A stretch of 64,000 nt of DNA from the human T2T-CHM13v2.0 reference genome, Homo sapiens (GCF_009914755.1 NC_060926.1), one strand, 5' to 3'. Positions 1 to 17,151 are shown, counted from the stretch's first letter. A program made the numbers and translations. The notes: generated by a model from the sequence alone, not told the origin.

Positions 1-110
1 GACTGAGGTGGGAGGATCACCTGAGCCAAGGCAGTTGAGGCTACACTGAGCCATGATTGTGCCACTGCACTCCAACCTGGGTGACAAAGCAAGACCCTGT
101 CTCAAAAAAA
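1..110 (+). mobile_element. Alu right arm (AluJ-like), cut by the window edge
   Basis: GCCACTGCACTCCA...GTCTC followed by an A tail. Confidence 0.85.
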
Positions 111-621
111 ACCCAAAACAGATGGTATAGCCATAACATTCCTTTCAACAATGTAAGACAGTTTGTTTCTTCATATGCTCATGATATACTGTTTTGTTAA
201 ATGTTATAATTTTTATAACTGTAATAGGTAAAACTTTGTCTTACTGTAGTTTCAATTTAAATTCCTCTTATCAATTAGATTTATGCAGTTAAAACCTATT
301 TGTATTTCCTTTTCTATCAATTATTTGTTTACATTTTTTGCACATCTTTCTCAGTCGCTGAAATTAGCCTTCTCTTTAATTCGCAACACATAAATAATTT
401 TTCCTTAATTAGAAATTTTTTACTTTATAGATATTTTCTAGAAGGGTGACACCTTTTAAATTCTTACACAATCAAATATATTCCTTTTTATGACTTCCCT
501 AAAACAAAGTTATAAAAGAATTCCTCTATGTTTTATTTAGGGTTTTATTTAATAATGTTTAAATATTTTATTCATCTGGAATTTATTGTTGTGTAAGAAG
601 AAGGGAAAGAATCCCTGTCCC

Positions 622-925
622 TTTTCTTTTTTTTTTTTTTTTTTAAGACAGAGTCTTGCTCTTGTCGCCCAGGCTGGAGGGCAATGGCGCGATCTCGGCT
701 CACTACAACCTCCGCCTCCTCAGTTCTAGTGATTCTCCTGCCTCAGCCTCCTGAGTAGCTGGGATTACAGGTGCCCGCCACCACGCCCAGCTAATTTTTG
801 TATTTTTATTAGAGATGGGGTTTCACCATGTTGGCCAAACTGGTCTCGAACTCCTGACCTCAGGTGATCTACCTGGCTTGGCCTCTCAAAGTGCTAGGAT
901 TACAGGCGTTAGCTACTGCGCCCAA
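622..925 (-). mobile_element. AluS-type SINE
   Basis: Poly-T followed by a reverse-complement Alu dimer. Confidence 0.92.
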
Positions 926-1085
926 CCCCCTTTTTTTAATACTCTAGTTTTTCATAACTTTCTTGGCAATTGTTGCTTATTTATTTTTTCAAATAACATT
1001 TAGAATCAATTTTCTGGATCTACAAGAAAAATATTCTTATTTGAATATATTATATCTACCTAAGTTCAGAAAAAAGTAAAATCTT

Positions 1086-1460
<375 letters not shown>

Positions 1461-1545
1461 TTAGTAATATTCTTGAGTCTTATATCTTTTATCTTCATTG
1501 TATTTTAGAAATATTGATTATTTGTGTAGAGAAAGACAACTGACT

Positions 1546-2863
1546 ATTTATTGATTGATTGATTGATTTTGAGATGGAGTCTTGCTCTGCTGCCCAGGCT
1601 GGAGTGCAGTGGCGCTATCTCGGCTCACTGAAAGCTCCACCTCCCGGGTTCACGCCACTCTCCTGCCTCAGAGTAGCTGGGACTACAGGTGCCCGCCACC
1701 ACACCTGGCTAATTTTTTTTCTTGTTGTTTCTTTTAGTAGAGACGGGGTTTCATCATGTTAGCCAGGATGGTCTCGATCTCTGGATCTCGTGATCTGTTG
1801 CGGGAAGTCAGGGACCCCAAACAGAGGGACTGGCTGAAGCCACAGCAGAAGAACATAAATTGTGAAGACTTCATGGACATGTATCACTTCCCCAATCAAT
1901 ACTCTTATAATTTCCTATCCTTGTGTTTACTTTAATCTCTTAATCCCATCATCTTTGTAAACTGAGGATGCATGTCACGTCAGGATCCTGTGATGATTGC
2001 ATTATCTGCACAAATTGTTTGTAGAGCATGTGTGTTTGAACAATATGAAATCTGGGCACCTTGAAAAAAGAACAGGGTAACAGCGATGTTCAGGGAACAA
2101 GGGAGATAACCATTAGGTCTGACTGCTTGGGAGCCAGGCAGGACAGAACTGTATTTCTCTTATTGCTGAAAACGGGTAAGAGAAATATCGCTGAATTCTT
2201 TCCCCAGTAAGGAATATTAATAATTAACAGCCCTGGGAAAATAATGCATTCCCAGGGCAGGGCGGGGGGCCTCTAAAATGGCCGCTCTGGGAGTGTCTGC
2301 CTTATGCAGTTGTAGATAGGGATGAAACACGCCCTGGTCTCCTGCAGCGCCCCCAGGCTTACTAGGATTAGGAGATTCCAGCCTGGCAAATTCTAGTCAG
2401 ACTGGTTCTCTGCTCTTGAACCCTGTTAAGATGTTTATCAAAGATAATGGGTGCACAGTGGGACATGAACTTAATCAGCAATTCTAGTTTCACCCTGGCC
2501 TTATGACCTTGCCCTACCCATTTGCCTTGTGATATTTTATTGCCCTTGAAGCATGTGATCTCTGTGACCCACAGCCTATTCGTACACTCCCTACCTTTTG
2601 AAAATCGCTAATAAAAACTTGCTGGTTTTACGGCTCAGGGGGCATCACAGAACCTGCCAACATGTGATGTCTCCCCCGGACACCCAGCTTTAAAATTTCT
2701 CTCTTTTGTACTCTTTCCCTTTATTTCTCAGACCAGCCAACACTTAGGGAAAATAGAAAAGAACCTACATTGAAATATTGGGGGCCGGTTCCCCCAATAG
2801 TGATCTGCCCACCTCGGCCTCCCAAAGTGCTGGGATTATAGGCGTGAGCCACCACGCCTGGCC
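1546..2863 (-). mobile_element. AluY-like SINE split by a MER11 LTR
   Basis: Halves at 1546-1795 and 2800-2863; TSD GACAACTGACT at 1535 and 2864. Confidence 0.9.
1796..2799 (+). mobile_element. MER11 solo LTR (HERV-K11/HML-8), about 1.0 kb
   Basis: Starts TGTTGCGGGAAGTCAGGGACCCC and ends GGTTCCCCCAATA; AATAAA near 2610; 6-bp TSD GTGATC (1790-1795 and 2800-2805). Confidence 0.88.
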
Positions 2864-3016
2864 GACAACTGACTTTTTAATAGTAACTTTGTGCTAGGAT
2901 ATCTTAATCTATTCTTCTTTTGAACATGTTTCAGCTGATTCTCAGTCTTCCAAATAAATAACATCAGCTGTAAATAATGATAACTTTTTCTTTCTTGAAA
3001 ATGTTTACCTCTTTTA

Positions 3017-3133
3017 ATAGAGATGGGGTCTTACTATGTTGCCTAGGCTAGTGTCAAACTCCTGGGCTCAAGTGACTGTCCTACCTTGGCCTTCCAAAGT
3101 GCTGGGATTACAGGTGTGAGTCACTGTGCCCGT
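3017..3133 (-). mobile_element. FLAM/Alu left monomer
   Basis: Single reverse Alu monomer. Confidence 0.75.
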
Positions 3134-3407
3134 CTTTTTTCTTTTTTTTTAAGTAAAAAAATTTTTTCCTGACAAAATTAGCCTCATATCCTCTTATTGT
3201 TCTTTTGAGTAATTGAATTATCAGTTCTCCAGAGTACAGGTAAGCTGTGGTAATAGTGAACATCCTTTTCTGGATTTTAGTGTTTCATGTGGTAGTGCTT
3301 TGGGATTGAAAGACACCCATAAACATATATACACTTATATATATGTAAAGACACACATATACATATATACCCTAAATTTATTAAAAACTGTAATCAAGGG
3401 TAAATGT

Positions 3408-3732
3408 TGGCTGGGCATGGTAGCTCACACCTGTAATCCCAGCACTTTGGGAGGCTGAGGCAGGTGGATCACCTGAGGTCAGGAATTCAAGACCAGCCTG
3501 GCCAATATGGCGAAACCCTGTCTCTACTAAAAATCCAAAAAAAAAAAAAAAAAAAAAAAAAACATTAGCAGGGCATGGCAGCACACGGCTGTAGTCCCAG
3601 CTACTTGGAGGCTGAGGCAGGAGAACTGCTTGAACCCGGGAGGCAGAGGTTGCGGTGAGCCGTGACTGTGCCACTGCACTCCAGACTGGGCAACAGAGTG
3701 AGACTCTGTCTCCAAAAAAAAAAAAAAAAAAA
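3408..3732 (+). mobile_element. AluS-type SINE with an expanded A-linker
   Basis: Dimer with a long central A-run. Confidence 0.92.
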
Positions 3733-4980
3733 CAGGGAGGGTAAATGCTATATTTTACCTAAGGACTTCCAGCACATATAGAGATGATGAGGTTTCTCTT
3801 TGTCATTATTAATATGGTGAATTATATTTATGTCTTTCTTAATATTCAACTTTCCTTGAATTCCTAATGTGAATGCCATTTGCATATAATCAATATATTA
3901 GGTTTTTAATGAGTTTCTGGATTTCATTAATCTATTAATATTGAGGATTTCTGCATTTGTAGTCTCGTTTTCATTTTTTGTGCTATCTTGTCTGATTTTG
4001 GTATTAAGTGTTAGACTGACTTCATAGAAACAATTTAGAAGAATTCTATCTTTGTACTTTGGAGCCCTTTAAAAAGCATCAGAAAACCATGACCATGTGG
4101 TGTTATTTAAAGGAATTATAAAAAAAAAATGCATTGGGAAACAAAACATGAGAGACTCATATCACATATAAAGAGATTATTTTTGTAATATATGAAGATT
4201 TTCAGCATATCAAGAAAAAAGCCAATACATTTAGTAGACAGAAGGGCAAACAGCACACATAGACAACTGACAGAAAAAAAGTACAAATTACTCATATGTG
4301 TGAAAAAATAATGCTCAAATGCATTTAATGACATAATGGGCAAATGTCACAAGCTACTATCAGTTCACATTGGCAAGAATAAAATAATTCACATTTCACT
4401 ATGTTTGAAAAGTATGGAAAAAGAAACAATCTGACACTAAGCTGGTGGAAATATAAAAAGCTATACCTTCCGTGGAGTATGATTTGGAAAAATCTAATAA
4501 TATAAAAATGCACATGCCCTTTAAACTAGCAATTTCACTTCTATAACTTTATCTTAGATTTTTCCCCTATGCATATGGCATGAAATACTAAAATAGCTAA
4601 CAATTATCAAGTACTCCCTATGTATGGTCACTGTTCAAGCACTTTAGAAATATTAGTTAATATAAGTCTTATAATAACTCTCCAAGGCAGGCATAATAAT
4701 TTGCCATTTTTTTTGAGCTGAAGAAACTGAGGTATGAGGAGATAAAGTTACTTTTCTAAAATGAAGCGTTCGGCAATAGCAGACGTGAAAATAAAACACA
4801 GGTGGTCTAGCTCTAAATTTCCATGCTCTTCAGAACTATAAAATACTACCTCTCAACATGTGCAAAGATATTCATTGCTGCATTGTATGCACAGCTATAT
4901 ACTACAAACGTCCAATAAGAGTAGACTGCATAAATAAATTCTAAACAGTAGAATAGATACAGCATTTAAAATGAATAACA

Positions 4981-5290
4981 GGCTGGGCGTGGTGGCTCAA
5001 GCCTGTAATCCCAGCACTTCGGGAGGTCAAGGCAGGCAAATCACCTGAGGTCAGGAGTTTGAGACCAGCCTGGCCAACATGGTGAAACCCCATCTCTAGT
5101 AAAAATAACAAAAATTAGCCGGGCATGGTTGCGCATGCCTGTAATCTCAGCTACTCAGGAGGCTGAGGCAGGAGAATTGCTTGAACATCGGAAGCGGAGG
5201 TTGCAGTGAGCCGAGATTGTACCACTGCACTCCATCCAGCCTGGGTAACGGAGCGAGACTCCGTCTGAAAAAAATATGATAAAATAAAAT
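4981..5290 (+). mobile_element. AluS-type SINE
   Basis: Dimer; TSD TAAAATGAATA. Confidence 0.92.
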
Positions 5291-5769
5291 AAAATGAATA
5301 TCAAAGCTCTTTGAGTAACTGATATGGAAAGATCTACAATACATACTAGACGAAGAAAGCAAACTGCAGAATAATGCACAAATTGTGCTATATATGTTGA
5401 AATAAAATGAAATAATATTATACACATGTAATCATACATGCTTGTTCACCCAAAGGGTATCTTCAGAAGGATACACAATAAAGTGCCAACACTGCTTACA
5501 TGGGAAGGGAAATGGTTTGCTGAGAGACAAGAGTGGAAGAAACACTTAGTTTTTACTTTTGTATAATTTACATGTAAATCTAGCCAATAAAAATAAATAA
5601 TTTCAAAAATAAAAAGTAGAAAGTAAAAAATAAAAACAAAGGAAAACTTTGCCATTATCTATTACTTTTATTTATTTTACATATAGGTCATCCACCTATA
5701 TGTATAATAGTCCACCAATTATTTCATAGCTACCACAAATTTGTAAAACACTGGAATAAAGAATGATTA

Positions 5770-6012
<243 letters not shown>

Positions 6013-6076
6013 TTAATAAAGCAATGTTCACAGTAAACATGTGAGGAAAAAATTTACGGAAAATAGTTTAACTTAC

Positions 6077-6162
6077 CTGATGTGTGCATTACAGTATCTT
6101 TTTGCATAGTCGGTCCATCTTCCAAATTTTTGTGGAAAGAGAGCTTCAATCTGCATAAAAAG
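6077..6162 (-). CDS. ZRANB3: ZRANB3 coding exon (86 nt): LFMQIEALFPQKFGRWTDYAKRYCNAHI(R)
   Basis: Manual translation, not in the ORF track. Acceptor TATAG (AG at 6164-6163) and donor GTAAGT (6076-6071). Continues in frame from ...GRPEE. Confidence 0.94.
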
Positions 6163-6615
6163 CTATAATAATACAAGTGTTTGTAGTATGTTGTAATATT
6201 TTCAAGTAAATTATTATTACAATGATAAAACCATTTAACAAAATAGTAGGAAGTATAAAAGAAAATCCAACTGTTTATTCCTCAAATCCCCTCACTACTA
6301 TTCATCAGGGATAACCGTTATCTGTTGTATAAATATACATTTATACATCTTTCTATGTTGATATAAGCATATGTTTATGCTTTTATTCACATAAGGAGGA
6401 TCATATCATATATATTGTTACACTAGAATTTTGTCCCATAAAACATGTCTCAGACACTTAAATTACACGTGTCTATTTTTAGTTTTAAAACCTTATATAG
6501 ACAATAAAATAATAATGCACTGCTTAAAAACTGAATAGCAACCCATTATGATGTAGATGTACTGTAAAAGATTTAAACAGACTCGTGATATTGGACATAT
6601 AGGCTATTTCTAGCT

Positions 6616-6926
6616 TTTGTTTTGTTTTGTTTTTTGTTTTTGAGACGGAGTCTCGCTCTGTCGCCCAGGCTGGAGTGCAGTGGCGTGATCTTGGCTCACT
6701 GCAAGCTCCGCCTCCAGAGTTCACGCCATTCTCTCGCCTCAGCCTCCCGAGTAGCTTGGAGTACAGACGCCCACCACCATGCCCGGCTAATTTTGTTTTT
6801 GTATTTTTAGTAGAGACGGGGTTTCACCTTGTTAGCCAGGATGGTCTCGATCTTCTGACCTCATGATCCACCCGCCTTGGCCTCCCAAAGTGCTGGAATT
6901 ACAGGCATGAGCCACCACGCCCAGCC
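6616..6926 (-). mobile_element. AluY SINE
   Basis: AluY diagnostics (GCAAGCTCCGCC, TTAGCCAGGATGG); TSD TATTTCTAGCTTTT. Confidence 0.92.
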
Positions 6927-7019
6927 TATTTCTAGCTTTTATGAAGTTACTAATATTAACAACTTCATATAACTGTGTGTGTATATATATATGAATATAT
7001 AGGTATAGTACATATATTT

Positions 7020-7080
7020 ATATCTGTATCTATTAATCATCTATCTATCCATCCATCCATCCATTCATTCATCCATCCAT
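7020..7080. repeat. (TATC)/(TCCA)n microsatellite
   Basis: Tandem ATCT/ATCC units. Confidence 0.8.
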
Positions 7081-7289
7081 TTGCATTTCTATTAGAGGTG
7101 ATGTAGGATTATATTTAGAAATGGAATAGCTGATTCTAAGGTACATGCTGTTTTAAAGTTTGATAATGTTACCATGTTGCCCAGTAAGAAGATTATCCCA
7201 ATTTACACTCCCATCAATAGTATCATGAAATCTTTTCATTTTTACAGCTCTGATAGGCTACACACAGGACTGTCTCACTGTTATTTTAA

Positions 7290-8215
<926 letters not shown>

Positions 8216-8219
8216 CCAT

Positions 8220-8504
8220 TTAATATGACAACATATTCAGAAATAACCAATGGGCCAAAGAAGAAATCACAAAGGAAATTAGAGAACATTTTGAGATAAA
8301 GGAAATTGAGAACACAACATACCAAAACATGAGTTGCAGCAAAAATAGTGCTTAGAGGAAAATTAATAGTTGCATATGACTATGTTAAACAAGAAGAACT
8401 CAAATCAATAACCTAATTTTTCACCTTAACACACTGGAAAAGTAAGAGCAAACAACCCACAGCAAATAGAAGGAAGGTCACAATAAAGATAAGAGTGGAA
8501 ATAG

Positions 8505-8505
<1 letters not shown>
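8220..8505 (+). mobile_element. Old L1 ORF2 fragment
   Basis: Degenerate L1 ORF2 N-terminal region. Confidence 0.65.
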
Positions 8506-8860
<355 letters not shown>

Positions 8861-9077
8861 TTAGAATTTCTAATTTTATATTCTTTTTCTTAGAAAAAAA
8901 TCCCAAACACAAATTATACAATCATCAGGACCCACAAAATTGGTATTTACCCTTGCTTTGAATAGTGGCTACCACAGGTGAAGAGTGAAAAGTACTGACA
9001 TGTCATCAGAGTAGGATGTAAGAGCCACTGTTGTACTGTTAATGTTCTATTTCTTATGCTCGATTATAAGTAGATGA

Positions 9078-9420
<343 letters not shown>

Positions 9421-10510
9421 GACTCTCTGGACTCAGTAGGACTGAGTATCTTGAAGGATACGTTTCATGATTTTTTTTAAGTATATCATCACCCCTATTA
9501 TTCATTGACATAATTTGTGGACATAATGTCAATTACGTGGAGCTACAGCACTGTCAGTGGGCATCCAAGAGTAAAAACTATAAAAGGTAAAATTAAGCAT
9601 TTTATCATCACTATCTATGTACTTTTATATGTATCTCACAAGATTTCCAGGATAGAATTGAAAAGCAGAGCTTAGGTAATACTGTTAGACAGGGCAATGA
9701 CAATAGCTGTCACCCAGGCTTGGCTCAAAAATTAATATAACATTGGCTACCATATGTTGAGTGCTTACTATGTGACAAGGCATAGGGTGAGGAACTTTCA
9801 AAGCAGTATTACCTTTAATTCTCCCAGCAACCCTACATGACAGCCCATGTTTTTCTAAGATTCAGTGTTCATTAGTAAACAGAGCCTCCTTAAACAACAC
9901 TAAACCTTACAGACATTTCTTCCATCATGTCTTCTTCCTAACCCTTTAACCATTCCACGTACTACCCATCTCTTAGAGTAGCAAAAGCTAAATGGGGTAT
10001 CAAACACATGCCTTATTCTTTCATTCTAAGCAGATACCTTATCTGGTCTGCACGTAAGTTTTAGTTTCTCTTTACTTTTCCAAATGTGACTCTTAAAGTG
10101 AAAGAAGAACAGACAGAAGCTCTGAAATGCAGTGTAAAAGAAATAAGGTAGATTCAATCCCAACCCTAAGAAGCTTATAATGTAAAATAGGATAAATGAA
10201 GATTAAGACCATAGAAGAACCTCAGGAACACATTATGAAGAATATTATAAAGTTGTACTAAATATGGCAGCCTTATAATAAAGGTAAAAGCTATGTTTTA
10301 TACATACCTACAAGCTTGGCTAAGGCTTAAATGTAAATATATTAAAATAGCCATGATAAAACATACGTACTATCTAGAAATTCCCAATGTACTCCTCTAG
10401 CATTTAAGGCATCTAATTTGAAATTAAAAATTGCAAAACAGGTGGTTGATTCAATACGCCTCCCACCCCCCTTCTCTTCTTTTAAGTTCGAAGTATAAGG
10501 ATTGTAATAC

Positions 10511-10742
10511 CTCTTCAGGCCTTCCTAAAGCTGGTGTTCCTGTAAGAAGAATGGCTCGTCTGGCTTTCTGTACTATTGGCAATAAAATCCTGCTGCGAGT
10601 TGCATTTCTGGATTTCATGTAGTGTGATTCATCCACTATAACTACTTTGAAGTTCTGATTATTCAGTGCATCTATCAAAGTCTTTGCATCTGCGGTTAAG
10701 AGACCATAACCCAGAACTGTCACTTTACTGGTCGACATTCTC
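10511..10742 (-). CDS. ZRANB3: ZRANB3 coding exon (232 nt): RMSTSKV...VIVDESH...LLTGTPALGRPEE, motifs II (DExH) and III
   Basis: Lies within ORF 10451-10801. Acceptor TTTTCTAG (AG at 10744-10743) and donor GTATTA (GT at 10510-10509). Phase 2 to phase 0, consistent with both neighbours. Confidence 0.96.
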
Positions 10743-11109
10743 CTAGAAAAGAAAATCCATGTACTTAAAAAATATCTCAGTAATGACGTTATCATGAACA
10801 ATACAACTCTCTTGGGAAAAAATACAGAGGAGAAGAAAGAAGAATAGAGGAAAAATAAAAGGAGATGGTACTACTACTGAAACTCTGAAGATTTCACAAT
10901 CCTCAAATATAATAAACCAGGATCCAAAATTTACAGTTTTGGTTAACCAAAACCAAAATTTTAGTTAAATGATCTTTGAAAGATTTTGACATCCAGCAAG
11001 CCACATTAGTTTCTGACAATATTTGCTTCTATGCACCTAGGATCATGCATAAAATGGATACTTAAATATTAGTTGACTCTTCAATGAAACTTTCACACAA
11101 ATAGGATAG

Positions 11110-11350
11110 CAGTTTTTCAATCCAGATGCTACTGGTATTTTGAGCAGGACTAAGTGAAGCTCTGCAGTGCACTGAACAGGCCCTCCTGCTCAAAATACCA
11201 GTAGCAGAACAGACTTAACAGGGCTGTTCAGTGCACCGCAGAGCTTCATTTCCTGGTCCTACCTATTAAAGGACAGTGGAGTCCGAAGCTTTTGTGACAA
11301 CAAAAAGCTTCCTGGACCTGAGATGATAAAATGTGAAGTGTGGTTAGAAG
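11110..11350 (+). mobile_element. MER20-like hAT fossil carrying an internal inverted insertion
   Basis: CAGTTTTTCAA...GGGCTGTTCAGTGCA...TTGTGACAAC...GGTTAGAA resembles the recalled MER20 consensus. Confidence 0.55.
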
Positions 11351-11593
11351 AAGCGGGTACCACCTCACATCAAGAACCATTAAGCTAAAATGATCCCTGA
11401 TCTTTAGATTTCTATAATTCATACATCTGTAATATTCTGTATCTTGCTGTCAATAAATTATTCATTTACATATTTATGTCTCTTACCATATCATGAGATT
11501 GGTAAGGGCAGGGAATGTGTCTTATTCATCTTTTAGTAGTATTCATACACAGTGCTATGATCCCAAATAAAGTTTGTAGAATGAAATAATTAG

Positions 11594-12067
<474 letters not shown>

Positions 12068-12563
12068 GAGACCTATAATTTTCTCACTGTATTCAAACAC
12101 CAGAAGAGCCTGAAGAAGAAAGTAATAGGTTATTTAATATTACTAACTAACTTAGGTATACTGAGAGCAACATATAGGAGACTGGCTTCAAAGGCCACTG
12201 CAGCAATCTGTAGCTTCTATCCTACCATGTCTTGACTTGTAAACAGTCCAGGCATAACTGATATAAGCCAGAAGGAAAGTATATGTATTTGTGGTGGACA
12301 TATTGGTATACACCTAAACCTGTTTCTTTAAGTACCTGGAAGACATTGGGTAGTTTTTCTGTCCTTAACTAACATCCTCCAGGAAACTTATACTCTGGAG
12401 TTGTACTCCTATCTAACATATCCCAAATACTATTCAAATAAAAATATTATCCACCATTTAACTGCAAGAGTGTATTTTCAAAATAATATAAAAACTAGAT
12501 GCCCTAGTGGCTATAAAAGATGATAGAAGAGTCATTTTAAGAAAATTTAAATGTGAACATTTA

Positions 12564-12890
<327 letters not shown>

Positions 12891-13976
12891 ATAAATAAGG
12901 TATACCAAACAGATGATGGTTATGGAGGCCTTAAAAAATTCTACATTCTCTAAATTTGTAAGTCTTTTCAATTTCATTCAGTTTTATTGGAGAGGAGATT
13001 TATTTATAATAATTAGGATAAGATAGCAGTTTTTCCATTTTAACCATGTAAATAGAGTCCAGATTTTCTTGGGCCCATAAAGATACATGCTACTGAATTA
13101 GCATTTCAAGGTTGAAAGTGAAAAGGCCCTCCATACATTTTGTGTTTCCTCCTTCCACATTCGTAAGACAACTTTATTTTTAAATATACCTTTTATGTTA
13201 ACAGTCTTAGAGAATACAATACAGTACAATAATACCAAAATTTAAAAATCTAAGTATTAACAGATATTTATTTCAGTAGATGTACTGTACTGCTTTTTAT
13301 TTAAGGTTCAGAAATAGATAACTTTGAACCTCCAGAGACATAATTTGTATGAATCACCTACACATTCCATGTAATAACTCATCAATACTCAAACTGATTG
13401 TCTTATTCTAATTGCTAGAAAGCAAAATGAGGAAAAAAATACTAACACTATAACAGATTTTAGAGTGAGAGCTTCAAATAAACACAAAGCAAATATTTTC
13501 AAGATATAAAATATTAAAATTATAAATAAGGAAAATCAAACTTACTAATGAGTCACACACAAAACTTGCATATTAATTAACAAATTGGAAAGCAAAATCC
13601 ACTGAAGTTGCTGATAATAAACGATCACAAAGCTTCAAGTCAATCAATGAAAAGTTGTGAGATTTATTTCTGAACCTTAAGATGGTTTCAAATATGTTTA
13701 AGGTATATATAAAGTAGATATACTACATATATCTTTAAAAGTATACGTATTTTACATTTACTTTAAAAATATACCATAAAGGAACTTAGAACTAAAATAT
13801 ACTATTGGGTTTTAGATAAATAATTCATATTTTAAAATGTAAAATAAAATTCTCCATACTACTTACTCCACTTCTAAATTATTATCTATTGGTGATATTG
13901 CATTCTAAAACATGAATATATACCAGGTACACACAAGGAAGACTTTTCTCCTTAAATATTAAACAGTTGTTCTTAC

Positions 13977-14155
13977 CTAACATCAGTTTTATTCTGAATA
14001 ACATTGATTTCTTCTGGACTTAGCTCTGGGATCCATTTTTCAATTTCTTCTGTCCAAGGGTACCTCAGAGACGAAGGGACCACTATTAACAGAGGCCATT
14101 CCTCTTTATAGAAGTAAGTAATTCCAATTGCCTGGATTGTCTTTCCTAGACCCAT
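13977..14155 (-). CDS. ZRANB3: ZRANB3 coding exon (179 nt): MGLGKTIQAIG...VVPSSL...QNKTDV(R), helicase motifs I/Ia
   Basis: Matches ORF 13973-14155. Acceptor TTTAG lies before the ATG and donor GTAAG at 13976-13972. Phase 0 to phase 2. The peptide matches ZRANB3 as recalled. Confidence 0.96.
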
Positions 14156-14181
14156 CTAAATTAAAAAATAAATAAATGTTA

Positions 14182-14536
<355 letters not shown>

Positions 14537-14999
14537 TGTATTATCAAAATAATTTTCCAATGTAAAATTAGTTGGATTATACAGTTAATAAAAAGTTTGA
14601 GATAATAAGGACCTGTAAAATTCATTAAGCAAATCATATTATGTTCAAACTATTCATGATTGAACTTAAAGAGACAAAATTACTCCTAAGGTTAAATATT
14701 ATGTTGATTTTATATAATTAGTTTTATAAAATGTATGTAACCATTTATAGTCTCTCCTCTTAGACTATAGTAAATGTCTTAACAGCACAAAACCATGTTA
14801 TTTCAAAACTAGAGTAAGTCCTGAATGATGCACATTTTACAAAACAAGCAGACATAGAGAAGTTAAATTATTTAAATCACAGCTGGCTGATGCAAAACTC
14901 GTATGAGATCCCAGGTCTCAGGTGTCTTCCCACTTGATTTGTATCCACACTGTCACAATGCCTGACTTCTAAGCTGTTCCAATTTAAAAAGTAGTCACT

Positions 15000-15470
15000 T
15001 AGTGAATATTTATAGTGTTTTTGTTCAAAATAGCCAGAAACTGGATATAACTCAAATGTACTTCACCTGTGCATGAATAATCAAATGATGTCATATTCAT
15101 ACAATGGAGTACTATTCGGTAATAAAAAAAGAATGAACTCATGCTCTACACAACATGAATACATCTAAAACGCATTTCGGTAAGTGAAAGAAGCCAGATT
15201 CAAAATCTACATACTCTATGATTCTATTTATATGTCTCATTCTGGAAAGTAAAACAAAAGGGAGCCACAGCAGATCCGTGGTTGCCAGGGGCTGGAGGTG
15301 GGGGAGGGGAATAGCATGAGGGAACTTTTAGGAATGGAGTCGGTCTATACCTTGATGTTAGTGGCTGTTAACATAACCTATGCATTTTTTAGAACTCAGA
15401 ATTGTACACTAAAAATGGGTGAATTTACATAAAAGTGTGAATTATACCTCAATAATCCTTACTTTTTTAG
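15000..15470 (+). mobile_element. Old L1M 3' end
   Basis: AAGTGAAAGAAGCCAG...GTGGTTGCCAGGGG...ATTATACCTCAATAA. Confidence 0.7.
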
Positions 15471-15887
15471 TAGTTACTATGGCAAACAATGGGAAAGAGA
15501 GACTAAAAGACAGGCCCTGTTTACCAGACTATACAAAGAGAAAAAAGAAAAATGCAGAAACTGAAAACAAAGAGTTTAAAAATGAATTTTAAATGCTGAG
15601 CAAAACTAAAGAAATGAGAAAAGAGCAGATTTTGGACTTTAAGCAAGTTTCCATTGAGAAAACTTTATTATTTTGTTTATGTATTTTTCTTTTAACTGCT
15701 CCTGTTAACAACAAAAAAGCAATCTTAGAATTCATGCAAAGTTATATTTACACATTCGTTGGATAATAATTAGTATGTTTCCGTGTCTTCAAAGCCCTCC
15801 AATTTTCACACCCGAAGCCACTCAAACATCACTGGATTCTGGGAACAACTTGGTTCCAATACAGCAGAACTTTAACAATCACAGATC

Positions 15888-16271
<384 letters not shown>

Positions 16272-16689
16272 TGAGGCTTGGCCCTATTTTTTGTGTGTGG
16301 ACAATACCACTAACTTTGTGCTATGGTTAGGGGTCTTTGGTTTTGTTTCCTGCCATGGTTTCATAACACATTTTCTTAATTTCAATTTATCTGGAAATAG
16401 GATCTGTTTTGCTTCCCTGGTTTTCTGGAAAGCAGAATTCTCTCTCTGCAACCCAGATTCTATCACTAGAACCTCAGCTTCTTGCTGCTAAATTTACTTG
16501 GTGCCAGTCACCTGTCTATCTATACATTTTGCACTTCATGTATGACTAACAATGTTCTGTGTTGGCTTGCCAGACAACTCTCTCCCAAAGACCGCCACTC
16601 CTCAAAATTTCCTCATCTTGTCTACTGAGATCAGGTATGTAAGCCTTCAATAGGATACGTAGAATTGGGACTTGAAACAATAGGTAGAA

Positions 16690-16965
16690 TTAAAAAAAAA
16701 AAAATTTCAGTTAGATAGAAGGAATAAGGTGAAGAGATATATTGTCCAACAGGGTAACTATAGTTAATAACAACATACTACATTCTTAAAAATTGCAAAG
16801 AGAGTAGATTTTAAGTGTTCCCATCACAAAAAAGCATGTGAAGTAACGCATATGTTAATTACCTCAATGTAGCCATTCTACAATGTATACATATTTCAAA
16901 ACAACATAATGTACACCATAAATATATATAATTTTTATTTGTCAAATAAATATTTTTAAAGAAAA
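16690..16965 (+). mobile_element. L1MA 3' end fragment
   Basis: ACTATAGTTAATAAC...GAGAGTAGATTTTAAGTGTTC, then an A-rich tail. Confidence 0.7.
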
Positions 16966-17151
16966 AATAAGAAAAAGAAGTTTTAGGTTGACGACAGGCG
17001 AAGAAAAGGGAAACTAGCATAAGTATGGGTAAGAATAAGAAGAATCCTGATATGCTGGGAAGTTTATTTGATTAGAAGTTTGAATATTTTTGTCTTCTAG
17101 TTCTCTAATTCTGTATTCTTGTATCTAATCTATTAAATCTACTAGAATTAA

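Noticed and set aside
10451-10801. 116-aa ORF as a standalone gene
   Set aside because: Only 10511-10742 is exonic; the flanks are intron read-through.
11127-11206. miRNA or snoRNA gene
   Set aside because: No recognisable family or box motifs; the structure is better explained as a local inverted duplication.
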